The translations under genes were made by a program, and so were the position numbers. The notes beneath the pieces were generated by a model. The model did not search any database and had not been told where the DNA came from. It saw only the letters and a program-made list of their open reading frames with translations. From positions 40,238,001 to 40,302,000 of the forward strand of contig CM060733.1 in NCBI GenBank assembly GCA_030704615.1: a stretch of 64,000 bases of DNA. The letters are read 5' to 3'. Shown here piece by piece: positions 1-11,346 of the stretch. Numbering within the stretch: the stretch's first letter is position 1; the number at the start of each line of letters is the position of its first letter. This stretch comes from Takakia lepidozioides (lineage: Eukaryota > Plantae > Bryophyta).

Positions 1-185
1 GGTAACTATCTTCCTCATGGCTTAGGGCTACTATTGGTGGTGTGGGAGCCGAAAGAGCAAGAATACCTTGCTGATTTCTTCACATCCGCCATAGCTCGGT
101 GCAAAGAAGCCTAGAGTCCAAGAGACACAAACCCTAGCTTGGCGTGGCTAAACCCCTTGGAGAAATGGCTAAACTGTCATGAGTG

Positions 186-1175
186 GCCTGTGGGGCTGTG
201 ACGGGCTGTGACGGCTGCCCCTAGCCTTTGGGCTGTGAGGGCTGTGAGAGGCTGTGAGAGGCTGCCCATGCCTTTGGGGCTGTGATGGGCTGTGAGGGCT
301 GTGACAGGTGCCTGAGGCCTTTGGGCTGTGAGGGCTGTGAGGGCTGTGAGGCCTGGGTTGTGATGGGCTGTGAGGGGCCTGTGACAGGCTGTGGGGCTGT
401 GTGGGGGCTGGGGCTGTGACAGGCTGTGGCCTGTGGCCTGTGGCCTGTGGGGCTGTGAGGGGCTGTGGCGAGCTGTGACGGGCTGTGAGGGGCTGTGACA
501 GGCTATGCCCAGTGGCCTTGGGGCTGTGACGGGATGTGCAGGGCTGTGACAGGCTGACTGTGGCCGGGCTATGGGGCTGTGACGGCTGTGCCCAGTGGCC
601 TGTTGGGCTGTGAGGGCTGTGAGGGCTTGACGGCTGTGCCTAGTGGCCTGTGGGGCTGTGAGGGCTGTGAGGGCTTGACAGGCTGTGATAGGCTATGGCA
701 GCTGTGACAGGCTGTGACAGGCTGTGATGCTGTGGCAGCTTGACAGGGTGGTGGGCTGTGGGGCTGGTGTTGTGTGGGCTGTGACTGTGAGGGGCTGTGA
801 CAGGCTGTGCCCTGTGGCCTGGGGCTGTGACGGGCTGTGACAGGCTTGCGAGCTGTGACGGGATGTGAGGGGTTGTGACAGATGTGCCAAGTGGCCTGTG
901 GGGCTGTGGGCCTTTGGGGCTGTGACCCTGTGACTGTGTCGGGTTGTGACAGGCTGTGCCATGTGGCCTATGGGCTGTGAGGGGTGTGATAGGCTGTGGC
1001 CTTTGGGGCTGTGACACCGTTGTAGGGTGACAGCTGTGCCTGTGGCCTTTGGGTTGTGATGGGCTGTGACAGGCTGTGACATGTGGCCTTTGGGGCTGTG
1101 ACAGGCTACGGCCTGTGGGGCTGTGACCCTGTACCTGTGAGGGCTGTGATAGGCTGTGGCCTGTGACCTGTGTGG
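186..1175 (+). repeat. Degenerate G-rich minisatellite (GGGCTGTGA / ACAGGCTGTG units) in the 5' leader of copy 1
   Basis: Dozens of CTGTG(A/G) cores at roughly 10-bp spacing; ORFs over it are low-complexity. Confidence 0.95.
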
Positions 1176-1889
1176 CCTGTGCTGGTCTGTGGTGGCCCGT
1201 GTTGACCTGTGGACGGCCTGTGCTGACTCGTGGAGGCACTGGTGGACTGCCTAAGGACTGGTATGTGGTCTTGAAGGCCGAATTTGAAGCTCGTGGAGGG
1301 CGGTTTGAGGAGTCTTCATGATATTCCCATGGTCATGCAAGTGAGGGAAGAGAGAGAGAGAATAGTGTTGGGATGAGGGCATGCTGGGGTTAGGCATTGC
1401 TTTAGCTTCTCTTCCTCGTAGTTTCCACCCTCTCATTAGGCCAAGACCTTTCCGTAGGTGGAGGCAAGAGTCAGTCCGGGTTTGGGCTGGGGTGTCCTTG
1501 CAGGAGCAACACCGTGGAGTTGTTTTGGTGTGGGGGAGTTGTCGTTCTGATTTCTTGTGTTTGGATCCCTCCATACCTGCATGCTTGACTGTGCGCCATG
1601 CTAGTTTTGTGTGGGCGCTTGTTTTTATAGGTGATTGGTCCGGATTTGATCACCGGCCAGTCCTAGAGCATGCTGTCGATGGTGAGGCTGGGGTGATGAC
1701 CAGCCAGACCATCATTGTGTCTCCTTTGGTGAGGTTGGAGGTAATGACCAGCCAACCATAGGAGTGCTTGTGGTGGATGCAGGTACAGGTGTAGGCTATG
1801 TTAGGAACTTAGTATTCCAAACCATAAGCCGCAACAGGTTCTCTACCCGGTTACCTTGTGGAGAGGGGGTTAGGGACATGTTCATGACC

Positions 1890-4420
1890 GGTTGAGTGTC
1901 AACACGGAGGTGCCACTAGTTGCTGGGGACAGTGCCGGTTCGAGCACTAGCGATACTAGTGGTACATGAGACGAGGTGTGCGGTTTAGGCCACCTTCACC
2001 TCCTGTGTCTTCTACGGAAGGTTCTGATTCGGATTGTGAATCAGGAGGACTCATACCGGCGGTGCAAGTTGTTTCCTTGCCATTGTTGTGGGACACAATG
2101 GAGGAGATGTATGGAGCTACCAAGGGGCCACGAAGGTACTTTGGGGCGGTGGGCACCATCGAGTTGGATGATTTTATCCAAGAGTTTGATAGTTGGTGTG
2201 ATTTGCAGCAAATGCGCAATCCACAACTATTTACGCCTTTCATGGCATGGAAGGGGTTGTTTCAGCACCTTGAGGGGCCGCCTATGGATGATTACCATGA
2301 GTTCAGGCGGGGCATGAGGTTGAGATCGAGGAGTGGAGGATGTACTGGTCACCCGACTATGTCTCCATCACTAGGGGCACTAGAGCCACGAGGGCAGTGC
2401 TACACCTGCCGCTGCACCGGCAGCTTCAGCAAGTAGCAGGACTAGTGGACTGGTGGTACAGTAGCTACGACGTCCACCCAAGCCACTACCGCACCAGCAC
2501 TAGTACCGTGCCTGCCTTCAACCCTGTTGTGGAGTTCTTCGAAGAGTTGAGAGGAACTACCAAGGGGTGAGGACAGAGAAGTTGCGGAGCTTGCAAGAGT
2601 TCCAACGGAAGCCGACCGAGAGCTTGAGGGAGGCTTTCACTCGCATGAGGCGCTTGATAAATGTAACCCAAGGGTTACGGAAGCTCAGGCAGTCCAATTC
2701 TGGTATGGGATATTGGACAAGGAGCTGAGGAGAAGGGTGCGGGATGCAACTCTCCTACAAGCGGCCCAACCCACCTTAGCAAATGTGTTTTTTGCTGGCA
2801 GCGGATAGAGCTCAACATGGTGGAGGAACGAGTGGTCATGGTGGGATTTGCTAAGGAGACACCACGGGTAGTGGTGCTCCTAGCCAACCACTACCTCAAC
2901 GTGCTCAAGGCAACAAGGGGCTCAGGTGAAGCTCAGGGAAGGCCAGAGAGGACCTCAGATGCAGGGGTCTCTCCCTTCATTTGCTGGCCAACAACGGGCG
3001 GATGTGGTGTGCTGGACATGTGGAGGACCCCATGTCAAGAAGGATTGCCCAGAGGGAGGCAAAGGGTCGGGCACATGCACAGTTGCAGTGTGGGCATTGT
3101 GGCAAGCACGGGCATGGAGAGCCCAGTGTTATGGTTTGCATCCTGAGTTGCGCCCAGGCCAGTTCCAAGGGAACAATGGTGGCCGGGGGCGAGGTGGAGC
3201 AGCCCAGAGAGACGAGGTGGCCAGCCAAGGTGCAGGCCAAGGGCAAGCTCAACATGGCCAAGGACGCGGAGGTCAGGGTGTTGACCAAGGCATGGCCAAC
3301 CGCTTCAGCAGCTAGAGCAGGCTCGCTGCCATGGCTACAGCCAGGTGGTACCGGCTCTAAGGCCGGATGGTCCACCTCCTGCTCCTGAGGAGGAGATATG
3401 GGAGGCATGGGATTCATGTGTGGAGCAGCACTACCACTAGTGCAGGTGGAGTCTGCTGCAGCCGTGACTCGAGGAGCAGCACGAGTTCCTGAGCCACGAG
3501 GTGCAGAGGTGGAGTTGGATCCACAGTGGGGAGGCAAGCCGTCAGGCTAGGCTTCCTCAGTCATTCACATTGGCGGAGACAGTGTCGACGCCATCCATGG
3601 CACCTAGTTCTCGCCCGACTGTTACCGAGGCGGAGGTTACTATGCCATTGGGGAGAGCTACACGGGTAGCACCACTACCTAGTGTTGCCAAGGCTACGGC
3701 AGCTAGTGTGCTGCTAGGAGCGGCCACTGTGTGCAGGCTCCATTGTTCTCGGCTACCATGATTGCGACGCCGGGTAACCAGCTGAGGTGTTCAGGCTGGC
3801 AGCTAACTCTGTGAGAGTGGGGAGGTTACTTCATCTTCTACGGAGATAGTGGGAGGTGTAGTGCCGGAGGGATCCTCGGATTTGAGGTCAAGACTGCCAC
3901 GGCGGCGCCATGGCAAGCTGCAGCTGCAGGTTGATGGAGCTGCCAGCTAGGCAGCCATTGAGCGCGCCATGGTGACACCTGGAGTTGTCATGTTAGACAA
4001 CCAGGATGGCATTTTCTGTTTGAGTGGACCGGCAAGACCGGCCACTGCGGTCTTGTTGACTCGGGAGCTCAGCCATTGATGCTGGGCAGAGCTGCTATTG
4101 CAGGCTTGGGCCTCACGGAGGCGGATATGGAGCCTTGTCCTTTCCAGATACAGACGTCTCTGGGAGGATCGGAGCAGGCTCGGGGCATGACACGGCGTGA
4201 GTTGGCTATCAGACTACGGCCGGATCACCCTACAGATGGCTCAGTGATGCGAGCCAAGGCCATTGTGACAGACGCGATCTCATACGATGTCCTGGTTGGT
4301 GGGGCAGTGTTACCCCATGGGCTTCACCCTGGATTTTTGGGAGGAGTCAGCTTCCTATAGGCCTGCATGGCAGTCAGGGGAGGGCCGGCGTGTGCAGCTC
4401 CCTGTGACGTTCATAGAGAG
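1890..4420 (+). pseudogene. gag with two zinc knuckles plus aspartic protease (frameshifted)
   Basis: CWTCGGPHVKKDC and CGHCGKHGH knuckles (~3010-3130); protease DSGAQPLM region at ~4050 (intact as RVLLDSGAQPLM in copy 2) and DVLVGG; many 1-bp indels. Confidence 0.85.
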
Positions 4421-4759
4421 TTGCGGTTGCCCAGCGAGGCAAGATGCCGACACTAGCAGCATTCACACGGCAGTGAGTTGGCCTAGAGAGTTGCTTGAGG
4501 GCAACGCTCATTCAGAGGATGTGCCACCTCCGGGAGAGCAGGATGACATGTATGGTATGGCGGAGTTGCCTACCATGGTTGCTCAGACTCCATTGTGGGG
4601 CACGAGCAAGGATTTGCAGCGGGATGCTGATCGACGGGTGCAACAAGCCTGGGTGGAGGCTTTTGTACCGTCAGGAGAGGAGGAGAGTGCGGGGATTGCA
4701 CCAGGACCACCTCAATGTCTCCATTGGACACCACACCTATTGTGTGGCAGTATCCGGAT

Positions 4760-5710
4760 GAAGGCATTTGTCTTCTGGACTTGTTTGGCGGGATCAGCAC
4801 CGGATTGGCTGCTGTGTTACAGGCAGGTGTACGAGTTCGGCGTTACTGTATGTGGAGAGGGATGAGACTGCACGACGCGTTTCACTTCGCCATGTTGCTC
4901 AGTTGGTGCAGGTACCCTGAGTTGTTGTCGGTGTCTGCAATTCGTGGATATCAGCAGGCCTTGCCAGAGACATTTCGTTGCTGGGGCGCAGGATTTGGAA
5001 CGGGTTGGCTCCATTGATCTGGTAGTGGCAGGTTGGCCCTGCCAAGGGCATTCATCAGCCGGGCATGGTAATGGATTGTGACGAGGTTGGGTCTGTTTTG
5101 GGAGATGATGCGGGTTTTGCGCCACTTGCAGCTTCATCAAGTTGTATCTCCAGCATACATCTTGGAGAATGTGCCACTGATGGGCGATTTTTGGGCCAGG
5201 GTGATGGCCAGTGTGCATCAAGTCCGGTCGTGGCTTGGGTCAGCAGTGTTGCTAGATGCAGCTACAGTGGGGTCACGGGCTCATCGTCTACGGCTATGGT
5301 GGACTAACTTGATGTCACCCGCACTGCTCAAGCGTGCATTTGATGGGGAGCAGTGGCCAGTACATCTCACAGTGGATAGCATTCTGGACACATGGAGGCA
5401 GTCTCAGCGTGTGAGACACGATGACCGTTTGCCTTTGGCAGTGGTCAACAAGGTGGGTCAACCACGAGCAACATTACCTACACTGCTCAGCTTCCCAGGA
5501 TCGCATGTTTTCCGGGATAGTGGACCTGGCCTCCTATGGGATGCTCAGCAGTTAATGGAGCCTAATGCTGACGAGCGTGAGCGGGCAATGGGTTTTACCA
5601 CTGGTACCACGGCGGTGTCGTCTCTTTCCGAGGCATCACGTCGTGAAGTGTTGGGGCAAGCAATGGATCTCAATTGCTTAACCTGGATTATCAGCTTGGC
5701 TATGGCTGAG
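4760..5710 (+). pseudogene. C5 cytosine DNA methyltransferase domain within pol (frameshifted)
   Basis: Motif I LDLFGGIS (4775), II YVERD, IV AGWPCQ (5028-5045), VI ENV (5165-5173), VIII RAHRLRLWWTN, IX EPNADERERAMGF, X RREVLGQAMD, in canonical order. Confidence 0.9.
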
Positions 5711-6459
5711 CAACGCAGAGTGCGGAGTACACTTCCCTCGACGGTCTCTCTGCCTACCGAGACGGTACAGGCAGTGAGTGGGGGCGAACATGTGAGGACC
5801 ACAGGGTGCATGCATCCATGGCACACGTGGGAGGTGCTCGAGGTTCAGAGGGAATTGGCAGCCAAGGTGGCGATGAAAGATGAGGTTGGGGATTTTTCTC
5901 GGGTGGAGGAAGTCCTTGAGGATGAGATGATGGGCAGGATGAGGCCTTGTCACTGATTGAGCAGGTAGGGAGTACTGCTCAAGAGGTTGCAACATAGCAA
6001 CCACTGGACGTGTCCTCTATCTCTAAGCCCACTGGACTTAAGGTTGCAGTTACGGAGGACAATTGGGAGCCTGATACTGGACCCATTGTCACCGGAGGAG
6101 AGAAACGACGTATACGGCGGTTCCTGAGGCTTACAAGAATTGCTTTGTCTCTCGTGCTACAGTGGAGGAGCATTAGAGACATGTTCAGGTTGTGCATCGA
6201 CCAGGTTTGGTCAATAGGGATGCGGATGGATTGAGCTGCTATCCATGCACGAGCCAGCAGGATGACACTGGAGCTCGGTGGCATGGTGAGACGGACGAGG
6301 AGATGGTACCGGGATGGCATGCATCTGCCTTTTTGTGTATCTTGGCATCGGGAGGTCAGGTTGGACCTACAACAGGGATGACTGTAGACGGAGTGTCTAC
6401 TGAGACCCTGAGGCTAGTGATGAACCAGGTGGTGCCAGAGTATACATGAGGATTCGGCT

Positions 6460-7874
6460 GTGTTGGACTACCTCCGCCCGGGAGACACGACAGCCACTGT
6501 GACTGTCAGGGAGAGGGATCGGATCCTGCAACGAGCCAAGAGATTCAAGTGGGAGGGGATACACCTACTTCGAGTGTGTGAGGATGGTCGGGTGAGGATT
6601 GTGCCTCACCCCCACACGTGCACGGTTAGAGCGGCATGCCCATGAGGAGTTAGGCATTTTGGAGTACGACGCACTCACAGTTTACTGCAAGGGCGGTATT
6701 GGTGACGTGGTATGCATACAGAGGTGCAACAGTTCATGGCTAGGTGCATGATATGTGACAGGGTGCGTGCTTCATTCAACACCCCTACATCACAGTTGCA
6801 TCCTTTACCAATCATGGGATTGGGCTACAGGTGGAGTCTTGACTTCGCAGGACCGTTGCCACTGACTATGCGCCACCAGAGATATGTGTTGGTGATGGTG
6901 GAGCACTTCTCCAAGTGGATTGAGTTGGTTCCATTGCCTGATAAGGCTAGTGAGGGGGCTGCGTATGCATTCTTGGATCGTGTGCTTAGCCGATTTGGTG
7001 CTCCAGCTAAGGTACTCACGGACCAAGGGGAGAGTTCTTGGGGCGTTTCAGGCTTTTGTGATAAAGCCTTGATAGACCACCGCACCACTTCTCGGGATCA
7101 TCCTGAGGCCGATGGCTTAGCAGAGAGAGTTGTTCAGACGGTGAAGAGGGGTTTGCGCAAGTATGGCTTGCAGAAGGGACACCTAAGATTGGGATCTTCA
7201 GGTTCCTTGGTTAGCCATGGGCTACAGGTTCAGCAAACAGCATCACTTGCCTCCTTCTCACCATATTTCCTTCTCTTTGGCCGAGAGCCGGATTTGCCTG
7301 CAGCCATTCGTAGGGACACTGCTCAAGTCCTTAACCTTGACGATCCGGACGTGTGGGTACGTGCATGTGATCTGCGTGCAGAGTTCTTCAAGAAAGTTAT
7401 GCTCATGGCTTTTGAGAACCTTGCCATTGCACAACACCATGATACATTGAGGTATGTCACTATACGTGGTGGAGGATATCGTCCTGGGGTTCGGAGGTTT
7501 AGCCCTGATGACTATGTTTATTTGCAGCAGACTGTTCCTACGACTCTAGATGTTACTGCAGGGCATGTTATTCTGAGGTTCGAGAGGTGTTGCCCTCAGA
7601 GGTCCTGATCTTGGAGGGTCGGGATGGCATGACTTGGAAGGACCATGTGCGTAATTGTGCGCCATGTCACCTTCCCAATGTCGATGGCAGAGTTGATCCA
7701 AACTTGGCAGTGGTACCTGCAGGTTTGAGGTGCATGCTCTGTGGGTCTGCCAAAGGGGCAGCCACCATGCTAGTGTGTGATCGATGCTCAAGGGGTTGGC
7801 ATATGGGATGCTTGACACCACCTCTTGAGAAGGTTTCTGATGGAGATTGGTTGTGTCCACACTGCTTGGGATAA
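6460..7874 (+). pseudogene. Gypsy-type DDE integrase with C-terminal PHD finger (frameshifted)
   Basis: HHCC (HAHEELGH...CMIC), WSLDFAGP, TDQG, HPEADGLAERVVQ; then C4HC3 PHD CMLC...CDRC...HMGC...WLCPHC, stop at 7872-7874. Confidence 0.9.
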
Positions 7875-8134
7875 TGGCAGTGGACATGACTAGAGGCAGC
7901 TAACAAGACATGGGAGGCCAAGCTCATAGGAGTCAATACATGAGATCCCAAGCTCAAGTTCACAGGTTGCAAGACGGCGACTAACGATGGGGCAACTCTT
8001 GCACCCGGCCTCTTGATCTATCGAGTTTGAGTGTAGTAGGGATAGTGGTGGAGGACTTGGTGAGGCTATGATCACTATCACATCTTGTGGCTACCTGGAC
8101 TTAGAGGGACCTAAGCACCAGCTAGGGGGGCGAT

Positions 8135-8796
8135 TGTGTGGACTAGTGACTGCCATAATGGGCAGCATAGTGGCAGCCTAGTGGTTGAACTAGTGGCTGG
8201 ACTAGTGGTATACTAGTGTGTGGTGTGCACATGTATTGTGTGGTTTTGGACAGCGATGTAGTTGTGTAGCGATATGTATGCGCACGACAGCTGTCAAATT
8301 ATCTTACCACTAGTATGAAACTAGCTAGGAAATAGCTAGCTTTTACATATTGACATTTGGGATTGGCCCAAGTGTCAATCCAGGGGTCAAGGCAGATTTA
8401 GGCCCTGGAGTGGTTATCTTCACGGCAAGCGCGGGAGGCTCATCTTTCTTGAGTTGAGCCTCACCGCGCCTAGCTATGGCGCCGTAGTGTGGATTCCCCA
8501 TGGCATGGGGTGCACTTGGCTTGACTTGTATTTGAATGATGAGGTTATATATGCATGAGTTTATGTTTCAGCTTTGTGAGCTCGCATGAGCTTGTGCTTG
8601 TATTCTTCTTCTTTATCATTGTGTGGACTAGTGACTGCCATAATGGGCAGCATAGTGGCAGCCTAGTGACTGACTAGTTGTAGCCTAGTGTTTGGACTAG
8701 TGGTTGGACTAGTGGTATACTAGTGTATGGTGTGCACATGTGTTGTGTGGTTTTGGACAACGATGTAGTTGTGTAACGATATGTATGCGCACGACA
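8135..8796 (+). repeat. Split terminal repeats A-gc-B-t-A of copy 1
   Basis: A 8135-8289 (TGTG...GACA), B 8292-8618 (TGTC...TATCA), A 8620-8796; same layout as 33885-34406. Confidence 0.9.
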
Positions 8797-10019
8797 CTGA
8801 TCTGTTTTATAGGATAACTGTACATACCTTCAACTTCTATGAAGTCATATCTATTTGTGTGATCAATTTTTGGCATGTTTTGTAGACATGCATCTTTGTA
8901 GTAGTTCGTACTCCACTTGATAAGTAAATACCTCATTGCTTTTGTTTGTTGATGACTCATGCCCACAATAGGTCTTTTTTTCCGTTCCAGATATGATCTC
9001 TTCGAGCAATATAGGTATGCGAGCAAACACTTTAGTATGATGTGTGGAACTGTCTTCTTCAACCTCCACCATTTCACATTTGTTTCTTTGTATAACTTCA
9101 ACATCACTGGGTGAAAGCTTCGATGACTACATTTTTCCATCACATCACGTTTTTTACAAGACATAGTTTGATTCAATTGTACTTGTAATGATGAAATGAG
9201 ACTCACTCTTATGCTTCCAACTACAACAAGCTCTGTTTTTTAAATTCCCGCCACGAATGAAGTTGATTTGTTGAAGTATTGGCTTTAGAAAATTGCATAC
9301 GACAATGTCACAGTCCATAAGAAAATGTGTTATGGATTTTTTGCACTCACTATAGAAAAACAAAGTTAGGACTCATACTAGTATTGCTCTACTCTTAAAG
9401 ATATTAAAGTCTCACAGAAAATATTATATATATATTATTGTGGGCCTCAAGAAACTGATTTATTATAAAGTACATGAATGCATGGGAACAAAATAAAACA
9501 ATGGACTTGCTTTACTAAAAGATGCATGTCATGTAGAAGAACAATAGCTTGAGGGTCAGTATGCGATATATGAAAATATAAAAAATATGAAAAAAAATTA
9601 AAAAAAAATCTGTTACTAGAAATAATATGAATAATGCCATAGTATCCGTTACTTTAGACGGTTCAGATCTTTCAGCATGGATGAATTTAGCGGCTACATC
9701 TTTTCCATAATTATTAAATCAAACTTGTGAAAAACCTTGGGACTTAGAACTTGTGTAGGCCACCCTATGGATTTTGTTGAGACACCGTTGCTTTCTTTCA
9801 CCCCCCTATCCATATATTGCCGAAGATTGTCTTTTTGATTCAATGGGTTTTTTTTTGAATTAAAGCCAATCTTCGGTGTTTCTGCGATAAAATGCAATGT
9901 GTCGTTTTAAAAAAACGTTGAATTTCCATACCCAACCATCTATAGATTGTCGAAGACAACTTTCTTCAGATTTTTTTCTGTCTGTGCATAATGGACAAGT
10001 CAACATACTAGAAAATGTC

Positions 10020-10230
10020 TATAAGCGCAACCAATTGAGGATTGTTGGGAGACTTCACTGCTATTTTTTGGTTGTCTGATTATCTTTCTTGTCCTATATT
10101 TGTTTGGTCTCGAACGAATACAAGAATCATAATTAAATGCGGTGAACAATTCAACCATACTCCATTTCAAATGGTCTTTGAAGACAGATCGACCCTGTCA
10201 GGCCATTTCGAGCCCATAGTCTTGTCATTC
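10020..10230 (+). pseudogene. OTU-like cysteine protease remnant, probably Helitron/Helentron derived
   Basis: (W)GDFTAIFWLSDYLSCPIFVWS...GHFEP resembles the OTU WG...H core; degenerate AT-rich context. Confidence 0.4.
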
Positions 10231-11162
10231 ATAACAAGACCATCTCATATACAAAACCAAGTTGAAGCTTAAATCATACATAACAATCATTTATCAAATG
10301 TTACTGTTTGTCAACCAATCACACATTTTGATGGTCTGGCATCCAATTCACCCCCCACCACGAAACCTGCATGTTACCAGTACCAAATGTTTTTCATTGG
10401 ACCCATATCTTTAAAACAAAGAATTATTGTTGATCAATGGTGATGAATGAAATTAATGGCTAGGGTTTCAATTGGTCGTAATTCCAGTTTGGATTTTAGG
10501 TTTTAGGGGGTATGATACCCCGAGCCTCTCATTCTCTCTAGTCTCTTGCCTTCTTTTCTCTCGCCTTTTTTTTTTTCTGTAAATCTCTCGCTCTCTTCAA
10601 TTTGTTAATCATCCATTTCGTTATCAGATGCTTGCAGGCGCTGTTCATTCCTTAGGTGTTAAATTCATCCCAGAAGAGGAGGAGGGTGTTACACTAGAAG
10701 CGTTGCTTGGAGCGAAGACTAAAGGTGCAGAGTCTTTTTGGTAACCTTTTTGTCATGTCCCGCATAATTTTTTCAAGTTAGCTAGACTTTCTGTTTCAAC
10801 AATTCTGGTCGAAACTGTTACTAAAGTTGAGCATTGTTTAAATGTTGTGCAGGGAAGGGGTCCCTATGGTTCAGCACAAAAACGAGTAGACCGAGAAATT
10901 CAAGAAGATGACAAGGACGCAATTTAAAAGGAGATTCACTAATGCTGAATTTACTGTCGTTGCCGAGAATGATTTAATGTTACTGAAGCTCGTTTAAATC
11001 TTTCTTTGACGTTGGGGCAACATTGGGGTTGGAAATCAAGAAGTTGTCGTGGAGGGGATTTTATCATGCTGAGGTCGAGTTTTACATGTGGGCTAATGAG
11101 TCCATGTTTCCTTTTATCCAGTTGATCACGGACATGGAGCATGGAGGAGTGACAATTTATTC

Positions 11163-11346
11163 TGTCAAGTTAAATAAACACAGTGTGAAACTAACTAGAA
11201 TAAAACTAGTTATTTGTATTTAACACTAGGATTTTGTTCAAGTGTTAAGTCAGGTGTCAAGTTTTGGCAGACTACTTTATTGTCCATATATGTGTGGTGT
11301 AGTTTGGACAACGATGTAGTTGTGTAGCGATACGTTGTGCGCAACA
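11163..11346 (+). mobile_element. Solo B-A remnant (B internally deleted) of the retroelement family
   Basis: Starts TGTCAAGTTAAATAA as B at 31388; ends with A (...GTTGTGTAGCGATACGTTGTGCGCAACA); interrupts one arm of a palindrome (TTATTC | TTCCAAG). Confidence 0.85.

Larger units (their letters stand above)
1..8796 (+). mobile_element. Ty3/Gypsy-like retroelement copy 1 carrying DNMT and PHD domains; 5' end outside window; 3' end PPT-A-B-A
   Basis: Gag, zinc knuckles, protease, DNMT, integrase and PHD motifs in order; PPT-like CTAGGGGGGCGAT at 8122-8134; repeats A 8135-8289, B 8292-8618, A 8620-8796; collinear with reverse complement of 55145-63455. Confidence 0.92.

Noticed and set aside
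186-1175. CRISPR-like or telomeric array
   Set aside because: No constant repeat with unique spacers, no TTTAGGG units, eukaryotic TE context
640-1239. Long H/S/P/Q/T-rich ORFs here and at 62199-63074
   Set aside because: They are translations of the CACAG minisatellite strand, which is poor in stop codons; no domain signal
1890-7874. Programmed frameshifting in gag-pol
   Set aside because: Frameshifts are numerous and at different positions in copies 1 and 2, consistent with decay or sequencing indels
1-8796. Classifying the element as DIRS/PAT because of split repeats and a methyltransferase
   Set aside because: It has a protease, an HHCC/DDE integrase, a PPT and TG...CA ends; the MTase is C5-type rather than DAM-type; no tyrosine recombinase motif seen (the deleted RT region cannot be inspected)
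8800-9400. ORF fragments 8709-9363 (-) and exon-like pieces at 10620-11100
   Set aside because: Broken frames, partly running into repeat A; probably old TE coding debris that I cannot identify
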